Position numbers and translations under genes: made by a program
In this document: one piece after another, positions 34,181 through 45,335 of the stretch
How the letters are laid out: each line of letters begins with the position of its first letter
How positions within the stretch are numbered: position 1 is the first letter of the stretch
Assembly (NCBI GenBank): GCA_000989955.1
Contig: LBTE01000002.1
Location: 85,326-149,325 of the forward strand
Length of the DNA stretch: 64,000 nucleotides
From: a candidate division TM6 bacterium GW2011_GWF2_37_49
GTDB lineage: Bacteria > Babelota > Babeliae > Babelales > RVW-14
Reading direction: 5' to 3'
Notes under the pieces: generated by a model
The model's input: the letters and a program-made list of their open reading frames with translations, nothing else
The model's database searches: none
What the model was told of the DNA's origin: nothing

Positions 34181-35209
34181 TTATAAAATTTCTTGCTGAC
34201 TAGGTTCTATTTCTCCAAACAATTTTCTTCTTAAAATTGGGATTTTACGCGGATTAATTTGTCGGCCGCGGGTTGTTTTTTGTAGGAGTCCCATGCGGAT
34301 CAAAAATGGCTCGCACACGTCTTCAAGCGTTTCTTTGTCTTCGCCGGTCATTGCGGCCAAAGTTTCAAGTCCGACCGGGCCACCGTTAAAATCTTTGATG
34401 ATAAAGGTCAAGATCTCGCGGTCCAGCTTATTTAGGCCGTCTTGATCGATGCCCAAAAATTTAAGAGCAGAGTCGACTATTTCTTGGTCCATGACTGATT
34501 TATGCTTTACTTGTGCAAAGTCTCTGACTCGGCGCAGGATTCGCTTTACTATTCGTGGCGTGCCTCGTGCTCGGCATCCGATGTTTAGTGCTGCATCTGG
34601 TTTGATTGAGAGCCTCATGAATTCAGCGTTTTGGCAAACGATTTGGGCCAGCTCTTCTGGTGAATAAAAGTCTAAGCGTTCAACAATGCCAAACCGTGTT
34701 TGTAGTGGGCCTGATATTAACGAGGTTTTGGTAGTAGCACCAATAAGTGTGAATGGGTTAAGTGGGAGGCGGATAGATTTGGCCCCTGCGCCCTGACCGA
34801 TGATTACGTCGACACAAAAATTTTCCATCGCGCTGTACAAAATTTCTTCAACATTTTTTGGAAGGCGATGAATTTCATCGATAAACAGTATTTCTCGTGG
34901 CCCAATGCTTGAAAGAATTGCGACTAGATCGCCGCTTCGTTCAAGTATTGGGGCACTTGTAATTTTTATCGGTACATTAAGCTCTTTGGCCATCACTTTG
35001 GCAAGCGTTGTTTTTCCTAGCCCTGGTGGCCCAAAAAGCAGCATATGATCGAGGTGTTCGTTACGCATTTTGCATGCGGTGATGTAAATTTTTAATTTTT
35101 CTTTTATCTCTGTTTGACCGAGGTATTGGTCGAGATCTTGTGGCTCAAAGGTATATTGCTTATCATCGGCTGTTTCTTGCAAACTTAATAATTCAAAAGG
35201 GGCTTCCAC
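34181..35209 (-). CDS. ruvB: Holliday junction branch migration ATPase RuvB
   Basis: LLFGPPGLGKTTLAKVMAKEL, FIDEIHRL, GATT, RGTPRIVKRILRRVRDFA. Confidence 0.95.
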   Translation of the reverse strand: MEAPFELLSLQETADDKQYTFEPQDLDQYLGQTEIKEKLKIYITACKMRNEHLDHMLLFGPPGLGKTTLAKVMAKELNVPIKITSAPILERSGDLVAILSSIGPREILFIDEIHRLPKNVEEILYSAMENFCVDVIIGQGAGAKSIRLPLNPFTLIGATTKTSLISGPLQTRFGIVERLDFYSPEELAQIVCQNAEFMRLSIKPDAALNIGCRARGTPRIVKRILRRVRDFAQVKHKSVMDQEIVDSALKFLGIDQDGLNKLDREILTFIIKDFNGGPVGLETLAAMTGEDKETLEDVCEPFLIRMGLLQKTTRGRQINPRKIPILRRKLFGEIEPSQQEIL

Positions 35210-35389
35210 AGGTATTGTCCTCGTATTCTTAGATAGAAATCTATTTTTTGTAACATTCTTTGTACAGCTTACAAGAAATATTGTTTAGGTATAAGAATTT
35301 ATCATTTCTTTTACAAAGTTACTTCATTTTATTTTTCGTTTTGTTAAACTTCTATCCATCATTGATTGTTTCAATTCTAAAAAATGTTT

Positions 35390-35465
35390 GGGTTGCTAGC
35401 TCAATTGGTAGAGCAACAGACTCTTAATCTGCAGGTTCAGGGTTCGAGTCCCTGGCGACCCACCA
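35390..35465 (+). tRNA. tRNA-Lys (anticodon CTT), CCA encoded
   Basis: Acceptor GGGTTGC/GCGACCC. Anticodon loop CTCTTAA. T-arm CAGGGTTCGAGTCCCTG. Ends ACCA. 76 nt. Confidence 0.92.
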
Positions 35466-35472
35466 GACATCC

Positions 35473-35559
35473 GCAAGGGTGGCGAAATTGGCAGACGCAC
35501 TGGCCTTAGGAGCCAGCCCTCGAAAGAGGATAGGGGTTCAAGTCCCCTCCCTTGCACCA
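35473..35559 (+). tRNA. tRNA-Leu (anticodon TAG), long variable arm, CCA encoded
   Basis: Acceptor GCAAGGG/CCCTTGC. Anticodon stem-loop CTGGC-CTTAGGA-GCCAG. Variable arm CCCTCGAAAGAGGAT. T-arm AGGGGTTCAAGTCCCCT. 87 nt. Confidence 0.92.
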
Positions 35560-35713
35560 AATCTCATAATTCTAGTAAAATTGAATAAATAAAAATGCCA
35601 AACCAGAACACGAAAATAATTTTATGTTCTTGACTAATTCTTGTGTTTATTTTTTATACTTGACCATAATTATTAGTTTTGAATTATTTGAAAAAATAGA
35701 AAGGAGCTGGGTC

Positions 35714-37063
35714 ATGCTTATCAGTAAAAACAGCATAAAAATGGAGAATGATGTTTCAAAATTAAGACAAGAAGAACAAGCTGAATTGGCTGTATTTTCT
35801 TTTAATCCTATATCGTCACATCTTTTCAAAGTAAATGTTACTATAAGCAAGCCGGTAATTGATGTTTTGTATCAAGAAACAGTTTTACTTTTTAGGAAGA
35901 AAAATCTTGATGGTTTTGGGCAAAACGCTGCACCAGTCGAATACATTGAAGAAAATTATGACGTTGAAGTAAATAGAAGGATTAAAACATATGTTTTTCG
36001 GCATGTCATCGTTGATTTTTTGTTCAAAGAATTAATTTCTCGTAAAATACCTTTTGCCAATTATCCAAGACTTATTCATGTAACCAGTGCGGATGATAAC
36101 GTTTTAATTTTTTCATTTGATTTATCGCTTACCGAATCAATGGAGTTGAAAGAATGGAAAAATTTTGCATTTAAAACTCCAAAAAGAAAAAGATATAAAG
36201 ATCTTGATAAGCAAGTTCTTCAATTTGTCGATCAGAACACATGCTTGAATAAGCGCGTGAATTCAAGCATTGTGGAAGAAGATGACTGGGTTTGTTTTAG
36301 CTCCACATTGCTTGATCAAAACATGGCAGCGGTTATTCCTATGATTACGAGTTGCTTTTGGACAAAAATTAAAAAAAATGAAATTTCCAATAAATTTAAA
36401 AGCTCATTAATCGGTAAGAGTCTTGGGGAATCATTTATTTCAAACGATTTTTATTTTGAAGATGACACTGATTATTACGAAAACTTGAACCATCATTTTT
36501 CTATTACAATAAAAGCAATTGTTAAGGGAAAGCTTTTATCGATAGACCTTTTTAAGCAGAACTTTAAACTAAAAAACAAGGCCGAGATACACAATAAAAT
36601 TATGGAAGTTTTTTCGTTTAGAAACGATATATCGCAGCGACGAACTATTATCGAAGAAATATTTAATTTGCTACTTGCAAAGCATAGATTCGAGGTTCCA
36701 AAGCACCTAATTTTACGTAGGCAAGAAGATATTTTGGCAACATTGATGCATCAACCTGACTATCACGTTTATAAGTCACAAAAAGATTTTTTAAAGTATG
36801 TAGAGTTGTTAGCGGAAAAAGATTTAAAAGAAGAAACTATCATTGATCAGATTGCATATAAAGAAAATATTGCTGTTTCAATCGAAGATATTCAATTTTA
36901 TTTAAATCTTTTGAGTAATAAACGCATCAGAGAATTTACTTATTTTAAGCCATCAACTGAAAAAATAGAAGATATGGACGCGCCAATCAATCATGGTATG
37001 CTTGCGCATACAATTTTGCGCGAAAAAACATTAAATTATATTATTCACATGCTAACGCATTAA
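35714..37063 (+). CDS. Divergent trigger-factor-like chaperone
   Basis: The N-terminal domain aligns by eye with E. coli TF (VNVTISKPVIDVLYQETVLLFRKKNLDGFGQNAAPVEYIEENYDVEV versus [45 protein letters not shown]). About 450 aa. AGGAG SD sits before the ATG at 35714. Confidence 0.5.
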   Translation: MLISKNSIKMENDVSKLRQEEQAELAVFSFNPISSHLFKVNVTISKPVIDVLYQETVLLFRKKNLDGFGQNAAPVEYIEENYDVEVNRRIKTYVFRHVIVDFLFKELISRKIPFANYPRLIHVTSADDNVLIFSFDLSLTESMELKEWKNFAFKTPKRKRYKDLDKQVLQFVDQNTCLNKRVNSSIVEEDDWVCFSSTLLDQNMAAVIPMITSCFWTKIKKNEISNKFKSSLIGKSLGESFISNDFYFEDDTDYYENLNHHFSITIKAIVKGKLLSIDLFKQNFKLKNKAEIHNKIMEVFSFRNDISQRRTIIEEIFNLLLAKHRFEVPKHLILRRQEDILATLMHQPDYHVYKSQKDFLKYVELLAEKDLKEETIIDQIAYKENIAVSIEDIQFYLNLLSNKRIREFTYFKPSTEKIEDMDAPINHGMLAHTILREKTLNYIIHMLTH

Positions 37064-37210
37064 ATCTGGTATTTGCAAAATTTAATAAGACAAAAAGCCG
37101 CTGTGTTAATAATCAACATAGTCATAATTTTCTTGACTTTGATTTTAAAGTGTTGCACTTTATCCTGCATAGTATTGTGGTATGTGTTTTATCTATGAAG
37201 GAATATTTGT

Positions 37211-37885
37211 ATGATGAATAAGAATGTTGTATTTAGTGCGATAATTATGGCAGTGGGTGTTCAATTTTCAGTGGCATGCATGGATGTTAATTTTACGCCA
37301 GATGTTAGAACTAGTGCAAATAATTTGCGAAATGTTATTAAATCGGCATCGTTTAGCACAGTTAACCAATTTATGGAAACATATCTTAAAAAAGCACCAG
37401 CATCATTACCTGATATTTTTTGGTGTACGAAGGGATCATTATCTTTTGAGCGTACTATCGATAAAGATTTTAGCCTATTTGATATCATGGATAGGGCAAG
37501 AGAATTTAATGATCATGAGCAAGTATTGAATTTAATGACTAATGCTTTAGTCAACGCATACTGGCATAAAGGGCATACACAGCAAGAAATAAATCAATTG
37601 CTGCTTCAGTGGCTTTGGGCAAAAAATAGAGAGGATCAATATTTTTTAGAGTATTGCGTTTTGGATGGTAAATGTAACAATGATATCAAGCGTAAAATTG
37701 TAAGAAAATTTATAACTTTATTGCAACGTTTTGCTCCTAAATCGGATGAACCTGTATGGATGCTTGCATCTACGGCTAAATCAGGACACATAATTTACGC
37801 TCACTGTGAGGATTTATTCAAAAACGAATTGGCTTGGTTAAAACAATTTAGGCCATCGAATTATTCAAGTGGCTTTGAATTTTAA
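37211..37885 (+). CDS. Hypothetical exported protein
   Basis: Signal-like MMNKNVVFSAIIMAVGVQFSVAC. No recognisable domain. Confidence 0.55.
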   Translation: MMNKNVVFSAIIMAVGVQFSVACMDVNFTPDVRTSANNLRNVIKSASFSTVNQFMETYLKKAPASLPDIFWCTKGSLSFERTIDKDFSLFDIMDRAREFNDHEQVLNLMTNALVNAYWHKGHTQQEINQLLLQWLWAKNREDQYFLEYCVLDGKCNNDIKRKIVRKFITLLQRFAPKSDEPVWMLASTAKSGHIIYAHCEDLFKNELAWLKQFRPSNYSSGFEF

Positions 37886-37907
37886 ATTCTTAAGTATTGC
37901 TTATGTG

Positions 37908-37940
37908 TATATGGCCAAATGTTTGATTATTGGCCATATA
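37908..37940 (+). terminator. Hairpin after CDS 37211..37885 (overlaps the 5' end of repeat copy 8)
   Basis: TATATGGCCAA-atgtttgatta-TTGGCCATATA, an 11-bp perfect stem. No clear T-run follows. Confidence 0.35.
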
Positions 37941-38086
37941 CATTCATGGTGTAGCTTCTAATAATTGTGCTGGTGGTGTTTATAAAGAAATTAGTAAATT
38001 TTATGGTGCCGCCGGCAGGTCTCGATTGAGTTGTGGGTTTCAAGGGGGATTTTCAAAAATTACAAAAAGTGCCGGTGCTTTTTAAA
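37932..38086 (+). repeat. Dispersed intergenic repeat family, copy 8 (forward, diverged)
   Basis: GGCCATATACATTCATGG ... TTTTATGGTGCCGCCGGCAGG ... TTTTCAAAAATTACAAAAAGTGCCGGTGC. Confidence 0.7.
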
Positions 38087-38337
38087 ACTATGATTAGTGG
38101 CTGCAGTTGAAGTAGTAATTTTGTGACAAATTTCGAATATTTTATCAATGATTTTTTTATAATTGAAAAGACTTAAGCTTGTTTTGTGGGCAAATATAAG
38201 CAAACCAACCAATCTTCTTGCCTTGAAATTTAAAGCGGGTTATCCTAAGAAACATCGCATAAAAATACTCGTAAATACTATAATTTTATGTTTGAGTTTT
38301 ATATAAATTTTGACCAAGCATTGGGAAGGGCTAGTTA

Positions 38338-40863
38338 ATGGCTATTAACGACAATCAAAGAGATGAAAAAATATCAGAAAGTATGAATAAGCTATCCATT
38401 GAACGAGAGTTAAAAACTTCGTTCCTTGATTATGCAATGTCGGTTATTGTAAGCCGAGCGCTTCCCGATGTTCGAGATGGTTTAAAGCCTGTGCATCGCC
38501 GAATTTTATACGCAATGCATAAACTTGGTTATTACCACGAAAAACCATATCGCAAATCTGCAACAGTGGTTGGTGAAGTTATTGGTCACTACCATCCACA
38601 CGGCGACTCTGCAATTTATCAGTCAATGGTAGGTTTGGTTCAAACCTTTTCCAAGAGATATCCTTTATTGGACGGCCAGGGTAACTGGGGTTCGGTTGAC
38701 GGTGACGCTGCAGCTGCAATGCGTTATACAGAGGTTAGAATGGCCAAGATAGCTCGCGAACTTTTGTTTGATATTGAAAAAGATACAGTTGGGTTTGTTC
38801 CAAATTTTGACGAATCGCTTTTAGAGCCAACAATTTTGCCAAGTAGAATTCCAAATTTGCTTGTAAACGGTTCAACAGGAATAGCTGTGGGTATGGCAAC
38901 ATCTATTCCACCGCACAACTTGACTGAAGTCGTTGATGCTTGCATTGAAATTCTAAAAAATCCGGATCTCTCTGAAGAGCGTTTATTCCAAATTATTCCA
39001 GGGCCAGACTTGCCAACTGGTGGCTTAATCTGCGGTCGAGCTGGCATTGTAAAAGGTTACAGAACAGGCTATGGCCAATTTATAATGCGTGGCGTTGTTG
39101 ATATCGAAGAAAATAAAAAACATACAGCGATTATTATTACCGAATTGCCATATCAAGTTAATAAGTCTGATTTGATAACTAAAATTGCTGATCTGGTCAA
39201 GGATAAAGTCATTGAAGGGATTACAAATATTCGCGATGAATCTGATCGTCAGGGTATTCGTGTTGTCATTGAATTGAAGCGCAGTGAGGTTCCGCAAGTT
39301 ATTTTAAATCAGCTGTACACACACACATCGCTGCAGACGTCAATGTCTATTATTATGTTGTCTTTGCACAATAATAAACCGATGTTCTTGACGTTACGCG
39401 AAATGATAGATTTTTTCATTGCGCATAGAAAAGAGATCATCACAAAACGTTGTGAATTCGATCTTGATAAAAATCAGGCCAGAGCGCATATTCTTGATGG
39501 TTTAATAATTGCTCTTTCTAACATAGATCAGGCGATTTCGATTATTAAAGCTTCTCAGACCGCCGATGAGGCTTGTCTTGCTTTGCATGATAAATTTAAT
39601 CTATCTGACAAACAAGCAAAGGCTATTCTCGAGATGCGTTTGCAGCGCTTGACTGGTCTTGAGCGTGAAAAAATAAATCTAGAATTGGCGGATATCAAAA
39701 AAGTTATAACAAGACTTGAAGAAATCTTGGCAAGCCAGACAGAGCTTGTTAAAGAGATCGTTAAAGAGCTTGAGCAGGTTAAAGCAAGTTATGGGGATGC
39801 TCGTAAAACAAAGATTGAAGGTGCAATCGATCAAATGAGCGATGCCGACTTGATTCCTGACGAAGACGTTGTTGTTACGCTTACTCGCCGTGGATATATT
39901 AAACGTGTTCAGTTGGCAACATATTCGTTGCAGCATCGTGGTGGTAAGGGTAAGCAAGGCAGCGCGGATCTTGAAGAATTAGAAGACGTTATTCAAGACG
40001 CATTTGTTACAAAAAACCATGACGAATTGCTATTTTTCACAAACCTTGGTCGTGTTTATAGCTTAAGCGTATTTCAAGTTCCTGAGGCTGGAAGAACAGC
40101 CAAGGGCCGTGCAATTGTTAATCTGTTGCAGATGCCAGAAGGTGAGCATATCGTTAAATTGATGTGTGCTCGCGAGCTCGAAAATAAATTTCTTGTTATG
40201 ATTACAAAGCACGGAACAATTAAAAAGACTAAGGCTGATGAGTTTGCAAGTATTCGTAAAACAGGGATACGCGCTCTGACGCTTGATGAAGGCGATGAGC
40301 TTGCGTTTTGTTCTTTGAGTTCAGGTTCCGATTCAATTATTATTGCTACAAGCCATGGAAGCGGAATTCGATTTGATGAAAACGAGGTTCGATCAATGGG
40401 TAGACAAGCCGCTGGGGTCCGCGGAATCAAACTCAAAAAAGGTGACTTTGTTGTTGGGCTTGAAGTGATATCTGATGCTGGCGATATATTGTTTGCAACA
40501 TCAAATGGTTACGGAAAACGGGTTAAAATTGTTGATTTTAGGGTTGCACACAGAGGTGGACAAGGCGTGCGTACCATTCCTACCGATAGAAGAAATGGTG
40601 ACGTGATTGGATTGGTACAAGTTTCCGATGATTCTGAGTTGCTTTTGATTGATACGAATGGTAAGATTATTCGTTTATCTCCGCAAGAGATTCGTACAAT
40701 GGGTCGTCAGGCAGCTGGAGTGCGTTTGGTCAGGCTTGATGTAAATCAGACTTTATCCGCAGTAAAAGCTTTTGTTGTTAAAGATGACGCAAATCAGGTG
40801 GCTGATTCAGAAGCGTCTAACATAGAGCAAGTTGACTCAGCAGATGATAAACAAGAAAATTAA
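38338..40863 (+). CDS. gyrA: DNA gyrase subunit A
   Basis: [54 protein letters not shown], and C-terminal beta-pinwheel repeats with the GRQAAGVRG motif. Confidence 0.97.
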   Translation: MAINDNQRDEKISESMNKLSIERELKTSFLDYAMSVIVSRALPDVRDGLKPVHRRILYAMHKLGYYHEKPYRKSATVVGEVIGHYHPHGDSAIYQSMVGLVQTFSKRYPLLDGQGNWGSVDGDAAAAMRYTEVRMAKIARELLFDIEKDTVGFVPNFDESLLEPTILPSRIPNLLVNGSTGIAVGMATSIPPHNLTEVVDACIEILKNPDLSEERLFQIIPGPDLPTGGLICGRAGIVKGYRTGYGQFIMRGVVDIEENKKHTAIIITELPYQVNKSDLITKIADLVKDKVIEGITNIRDESDRQGIRVVIELKRSEVPQVILNQLYTHTSLQTSMSIIMLSLHNNKPMFLTLREMIDFFIAHRKEIITKRCEFDLDKNQARAHILDGLIIALSNIDQAISIIKASQTADEACLALHDKFNLSDKQAKAILEMRLQRLTGLEREKINLELADIKKVITRLEEILASQTELVKEIVKELEQVKASYGDARKTKIEGAIDQMSDADLIPDEDVVVTLTRRGYIKRVQLATYSLQHRGGKGKQGSADLEELEDVIQDAFVTKNHDELLFFTNLGRVYSLSVFQVPEAGRTAKGRAIVNLLQMPEGEHIVKLMCARELENKFLVMITKHGTIKKTKADEFASIRKTGIRALTLDEGDELAFCSLSSGSDSIIIATSHGSGIRFDENEVRSMGRQAAGVRGIKLKKGDFVVGLEVISDAGDILFATSNGYGKRVKIVDFRVAHRGGQGVRTIPTDRRNGDVIGLVQVSDDSELLLIDTNGKIIRLSPQEIRTMGRQAAGVRLVRLDVNQTLSAVKAFVVKDDANQVADSEASNIEQVDSADDKQEN

Positions 40864-40876
40864 GGCTAAATTTTAA

Positions 40877-42061
40877 ATGTCGTATAACAATAATTCTCAA
40901 ATTTTACTTCATTTATCGCTTATCGGTGATGTTGGGCCGAATACTCTTTTTCGACTTCTAAAAAAAATGATGATTGTTAAAGGTTTGGCGAGTGAACATT
41001 TGGATTACTCAGATTTGATTGGTAAAAAATATAATATTGATCTTGGCGCGTTGTATAAATATTCTGTAATCGATTTTATTAATGAATTTGAAATATTGCC
41101 AAAGTATGCCGAACTGATTGAAGCCGGATTGCGGGATGATAAAGCATTGGAAACAGAGCTTTGTTTGCTTGAGCAAAGCGACATAAAAATAGTTAGCATT
41201 TTTGATGAATATTATCCAGAAAATTTAAGGCATATACATTGTCCGCCAACAATTCTTTATTATTCAGGCGAAAAAATAGATACTGATTTAAAATCCCTTG
41301 CGATTGTTGGATCACGCAAGGCAGATGATTATGCTTGGCGGGTTATTCAAAGCATTGTTCCAACGATGGTTGCAAATGGCTGGAGTATAACAAGCGGAGG
41401 CGCTTTGGGTGCTGATACGATTGCTCACGAAGTTGCATTGGATTGTGGTGGCAAAACTATAGCTGTTTTAGGTTCCGGGCTTATGTGCCAGTATCCAGAG
41501 AGCAATAAGTCATTATTTGAACAAATTGTAAAAAAAAGTGGAACTGTTGTTTCTCCGTTTCCGCTCAAAATGGCACCAAGAAAAGAACATTTTCCTGCAA
41601 GAAACAGAATTATTTCTGGATTAAGTCAGGGATGTTTGGTTGTCCAAGCTGCAGCCAAAAGTGGTGCATTAATTACTGCAAATTATGCGATGGAGCAGGG
41701 GAGATCTGTTTTTGCTATCCCTGGTCGAGTTGATGATTTGCTGAGTGCTGGTTGCAACAGCCTTTTAAAGCAAGGTGCTAAACTAGTTTGCGATGCTGGA
41801 GATATTTTGGAAGAATTTGGGGAGTCTTTGTCGGCAGAATTTTTTAAACCAGCTCTAAAACTTAGTGAAAAGCAACACTCTTTGCCGATATCATCGTCGC
41901 ATGATGTTGTTTTGTCGAAGTTAACATCTGGTTGTACAATTGATGAATTGATACTAAAAACTGGACTTTGTTTGCAAGAACTTCAAGACTTACTGTTTCA
42001 GTTGCAACTTAACGGAATAATTCACCAAACGTTTACTGGTGCTTGGGAAAAATGTAAATAG
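40877..42061 (+). CDS. dprA: DNA-processing protein DprA (Smf)
   Basis: AIVGSRKADDYAWRV, SGGALGADTIAHEVALDCGGKTIAVLGSGL, HFPARNRIISGLSQG, SGALITANYAMEQGRSVFAIPG. Confidence 0.9.
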   Translation: MSYNNNSQILLHLSLIGDVGPNTLFRLLKKMMIVKGLASEHLDYSDLIGKKYNIDLGALYKYSVIDFINEFEILPKYAELIEAGLRDDKALETELCLLEQSDIKIVSIFDEYYPENLRHIHCPPTILYYSGEKIDTDLKSLAIVGSRKADDYAWRVIQSIVPTMVANGWSITSGGALGADTIAHEVALDCGGKTIAVLGSGLMCQYPESNKSLFEQIVKKSGTVVSPFPLKMAPRKEHFPARNRIISGLSQGCLVVQAAAKSGALITANYAMEQGRSVFAIPGRVDDLLSAGCNSLLKQGAKLVCDAGDILEEFGESLSAEFFKPALKLSEKQHSLPISSSHDVVLSKLTSGCTIDELILKTGLCLQELQDLLFQLQLNGIIHQTFTGAWEKCK

Positions 42062-42080
42062 GTCAAAAGGCTCTCTGCAT

Positions 42081-42230
42081 CGCTTATACATCAGTTATGG
42101 TTTATGAAAGTGTCGATTTTATCTAGGCTGTGGATAAAATATGATTTTTTTGAATGCGGCCTGCCAGCATAGATCTGGAGCTGACTTTCAAATGAATTTT
42201 TCAAAAATTGCAAAAAACGAACATCCTTTG
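42081..42230 (+). repeat. Dispersed intergenic repeat family, copy 9 (forward)
   Basis: CGCTTATACATCAG ... TTTTTTTGAATGCGGCCTGCCAGCATAGATCTGG ... TTTTTCAAAAATTGCAAAAAACG, followed by the small hairpin AACGAA-catcc-TTTGTT and a T9 run. Confidence 0.85.
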
Positions 42231-42349
42231 TTTTTTTTTCACTATAATTTATACTACAAGTAAATGAGTGGCGTTATGCTAACTACGCTTTAATGCTTTG
42301 TTGTAGAATGAAATCCATGAATTTAGTTGAAGATTCTGAGGTGTAAAAA

Positions 42350-43642
42350 ATGGTTATGTTTAAGTTATGCGTTGCAACAATAATATTTTTTGTAGAACTT
42401 TTTGCTTATACTTCGGCAGCATATCAAGGTAAATTTGAAAATTTTCAGGAAGCTGTTAAAAAAGAGTCTGTAGAAGATAAAATTTCAAAATATCTAAAAA
42501 AAGGATCAGAAGTCAGCGATCATTTTTTGGTGACTGAAAATCAACTTTTTATGTTTGCTACAAAAATTGACAAATTAAATAAAAATCCAGAGTTTGTTTT
42601 GCGATTTGGATCAAGGCAAGCGCCAAAATTTTTTGTAAAAAAATCATTGCATGGTTTAAGAGTTGCAATTGATCCAGGCCATCTTGGCGGGCGAATGGCT
42701 TTTATTGAGGAGCGTTTTGTAGATATGTCTTTGCCAGATAATACGCGAATTCAATTTGACGAAGGCACTTTAGCGACGGTTACTGCAAAAATATTGAAAC
42801 AGTATTTAATTGCTGTCGGTGCAGAAGTTTTATTAACAAGAGATGAGCCTGGCAAGAGTGTTTATACTCTTTCATTTGATGCTTGGTGTGCAAAAAGTTT
42901 TGCTATAACAAGTGACAGAGATTGGCTTGATCCTAAAAAACAGCAAGTTGCTATTGATTATCTGAAAAACCATAGTCCTTCGTTTATGTTGTTTAAAAGC
43001 GAAGCCCCAGAAAAACGTCTAACATCAATAATTAGAGCCCAAGATGCTTCTGCAAAAGTTGTGCCACTCAAAAAGGCCTTATTTAGGCTTTGTTATAACT
43101 CATTGGATTTAAATGCTCGGGCTGAAAAAATTAATTCATTTAAGCCAGATTTAACTATAATTATACATTTTAATGCAAGCGGAGGGGCTCACGATATTTC
43201 TGCTGCTGATTATAACCTTGCTTTTGTTCCCGGTAGTTTTTTGGATGGTGAATTAAAAGACTTGCTGTCCAGAGAAGAATTTGTGAGGTTAAGTTTGTCA
43301 GACGATATCAAAGAATCAGTAAAATTGTCTAGAGCTGTAGTAAAAAATATGGAAAAAATGCTTAATGTTTCAACAATGAAAAACTCACAGTATCAGCCTA
43401 ACGGTACCATTTTTGTTGAGAATGGGATTTATTGTAGAAACTTGGCATTAACTCGACTAGTTCATGGGCCTATTTGTTATGGCGAGACATTGATACAAAA
43501 TAATCCTGAAGAGGCCGTATTGCTTTCACAAAAAGATTGTGAAATCGACGGAGTTAGCGTTTCATCGCGGCTTAAAAATGTTGCAGGAGCTTATTTTCAA
43601 GGTATTCTCGATTATTTTGAGTTTAACGGCCAACATAAATAA
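42350..43642 (+). CDS. Divergent N-acetylmuramoyl-L-alanine amidase (Amidase_3-like), exported
   Basis: GLRVAIDPGHLGG, GAEVLLTRDE, KPDLTIIIHFNASGG. N-terminal hydrophobic signal. Confidence 0.6.
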   Translation: MVMFKLCVATIIFFVELFAYTSAAYQGKFENFQEAVKKESVEDKISKYLKKGSEVSDHFLVTENQLFMFATKIDKLNKNPEFVLRFGSRQAPKFFVKKSLHGLRVAIDPGHLGGRMAFIEERFVDMSLPDNTRIQFDEGTLATVTAKILKQYLIAVGAEVLLTRDEPGKSVYTLSFDAWCAKSFAITSDRDWLDPKKQQVAIDYLKNHSPSFMLFKSEAPEKRLTSIIRAQDASAKVVPLKKALFRLCYNSLDLNARAEKINSFKPDLTIIIHFNASGGAHDISAADYNLAFVPGSFLDGELKDLLSREEFVRLSLSDDIKESVKLSRAVVKNMEKMLNVSTMKNSQYQPNGTIFVENGIYCRNLALTRLVHGPICYGETLIQNNPEEAVLLSQKDCEIDGVSVSSRLKNVAGAYFQGILDYFEFNGQHK

Positions 43643-43756
43643 TCGGTATTTTCGAATTTAATTTATATAACATATATGAAAAGCTCTACTTTTTTAATTA
43701 AAAATGTTACAATTTTAACCCGTTTTATCGATATAAGTTGATTGTTTGGGTTTGTT

Positions 43757-44407
43757 ATGAATGATTTGTCTAGATTAAGCGATCAGTGCGATGTTTTATA
43801 CCTTGGGTCACAATCTATGTCAAGGCGTAAGCTTTTAGATGCTGCAGGCATTCGGTATAAAATTTTGACTCATAGTAGTCAAGAATGTGTGGCAGTGCCA
43901 ACTGTTAATTTTGATGATTATGTACAATCAATAGCTTGCGATAAGATGCAGCATTTGGAGTTGCCTACCATTGATTCAGTTAATGAAAATCATATTTTTA
44001 TTCTTACAGCGGATACGCTCGTTAAGGCAATGCAAAGTAATCAAATTATTGGTAAACCAGATGATTTAGAACATGCAAGATCGATTGTGCGTTTAATCAG
44101 TACCCAACCTCTACAAATTTTGACTGGTTGTTGCTTAAAAAAATTTGAAAAAGAAAACGGTGCATGGATAGAAAAAAATTCTCACAATTGGGTTACAGGG
44201 GCGTTTGTTGAATTTGTTGTCCCAGAAGAAGATATAAATTTATATTTTGAAAAATTGCCAGGGGTTGTTTATGCCTCTGGTGCAAGTATAATTGACGATT
44301 TTGGGCAGTGCTTTTTGAAGTCGATAAACGGCTCTCATAGCGCTGTTATAGGGTTGCCGTTATTTGAATTGCGTCAAAACTTGCGATCAATGGGCTTTTT
44401 ATTTTAA
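43757..44407 (+). CDS. maf: Maf-like nucleoside triphosphate pyrophosphatase
   Basis: LYLGSQSMSRRKLLDAAGI, ILTADTLV, IIGKPDDLEHA, LTGCC, GASIIDDFG. Confidence 0.8.
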   Translation: MNDLSRLSDQCDVLYLGSQSMSRRKLLDAAGIRYKILTHSSQECVAVPTVNFDDYVQSIACDKMQHLELPTIDSVNENHIFILTADTLVKAMQSNQIIGKPDDLEHARSIVRLISTQPLQILTGCCLKKFEKENGAWIEKNSHNWVTGAFVEFVVPEEDINLYFEKLPGVVYASGASIIDDFGQCFLKSINGSHSAVIGLPLFELRQNLRSMGFLF

Positions 44408-44456
44408 AGTTGCCTTACCGTTTTGTATAGATATTATTTTTTGAAATTGGGTATTT

Positions 44457-45305
44457 ATGAGTTATATTTCGTTGCTTGTATCGTTTGTAATTTTAATTTA
44501 TAGTTTCAGTCCAGTACTTTGCATGTACGACATAGGTAGAGTGAGAAGCCCAGTTGGTATTGTGCTTAACGGTCCGTCTGGGTCTGGTAAATCAACAATT
44601 TCTAAACTTTTTGCTAAACATTTTAATTCGAGTGCCTTGATTGAACTTAGTATTGATAGTATAACTGATCATAATGCTGGAATTATTGATGAAGATTCTG
44701 ATGAGGTTGTAGAGTTTAAATTAAATAAACGTCTTGCAGAAGAAATGCAAGCCGCTTTGGCTGATGGAAAAAATGTAATTTGCGATACAATTGCCATATC
44801 TAGAGCTGAAGTGGGGGTGTACAGGAATATACATAGTTGTAAAATTATTATGTGTTTTATTCATAATACGCTTCCACGATTAATTAATAACTTAGAAGCT
44901 AGAAATAGGATTGCCGAGACACTTGGTGAAGACCATGCTTATTTAGAAAAACGTAGTTTTTCACAGGTGTTAAAGAATTTTGGAAGTTTTTATATTCCGA
45001 GTGAGATTGATTATGGCTTAGATACAATATCCAGGCAGCAATTAGATTTTGTTTTTAGGAGCAAGGAGGCTCGTATATTTGCAGAAGATGTATCGGATAA
45101 AAATGGTCAACGCCCAGGAAGTCCTAGGCCGCTTGGAGAACTTATGGAACGATATTTAATAGACTATCCGATATTTGAATGCTTGAGAGCTCATGAATTT
45201 ATGCACCTCCAATTAGTTAATTATGATGTGTATGATTTGATAATTCATAATGAGTCGCCTAAAATATCAGAGGCGATAATTTTTAAATTTTTTTGTGATA
45301 TCTAA
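44457..45305 (+). CDS. P-loop kinase, chloramphenicol-phosphotransferase-like (tandem paralog 1, with N-terminal hydrophobic segment)
   Basis: Walker A IVLNGPSGSGKSTISKLF. Shares VICDTI, MCFIHN..PRLI..LEARN, YLEKRSF.QVL.(N/D)FG.FY.PS and KNGQ.PGSPR with 45336..46133. Confidence 0.55.
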   Translation: MSYISLLVSFVILIYSFSPVLCMYDIGRVRSPVGIVLNGPSGSGKSTISKLFAKHFNSSALIELSIDSITDHNAGIIDEDSDEVVEFKLNKRLAEEMQAALADGKNVICDTIAISRAEVGVYRNIHSCKIIMCFIHNTLPRLINNLEARNRIAETLGEDHAYLEKRSFSQVLKNFGSFYIPSEIDYGLDTISRQQLDFVFRSKEARIFAEDVSDKNGQRPGSPRPLGELMERYLIDYPIFECLRAHEFMHLQLVNYDVYDLIIHNESPKISEAIIFKFFCDI

Positions 45306-45335
45306 ATAATTGATAATGTTAGTCTAGCATTTTGC

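Noticed and set aside
42129-42137. Perfect DnaA box TGTGGATAA. Could this be oriC?
   Set aside because: It is a single box inside the variable part of repeat copy 9. There is no cluster of boxes, no dnaA/dnaN nearby and no AT-rich DUE pattern.
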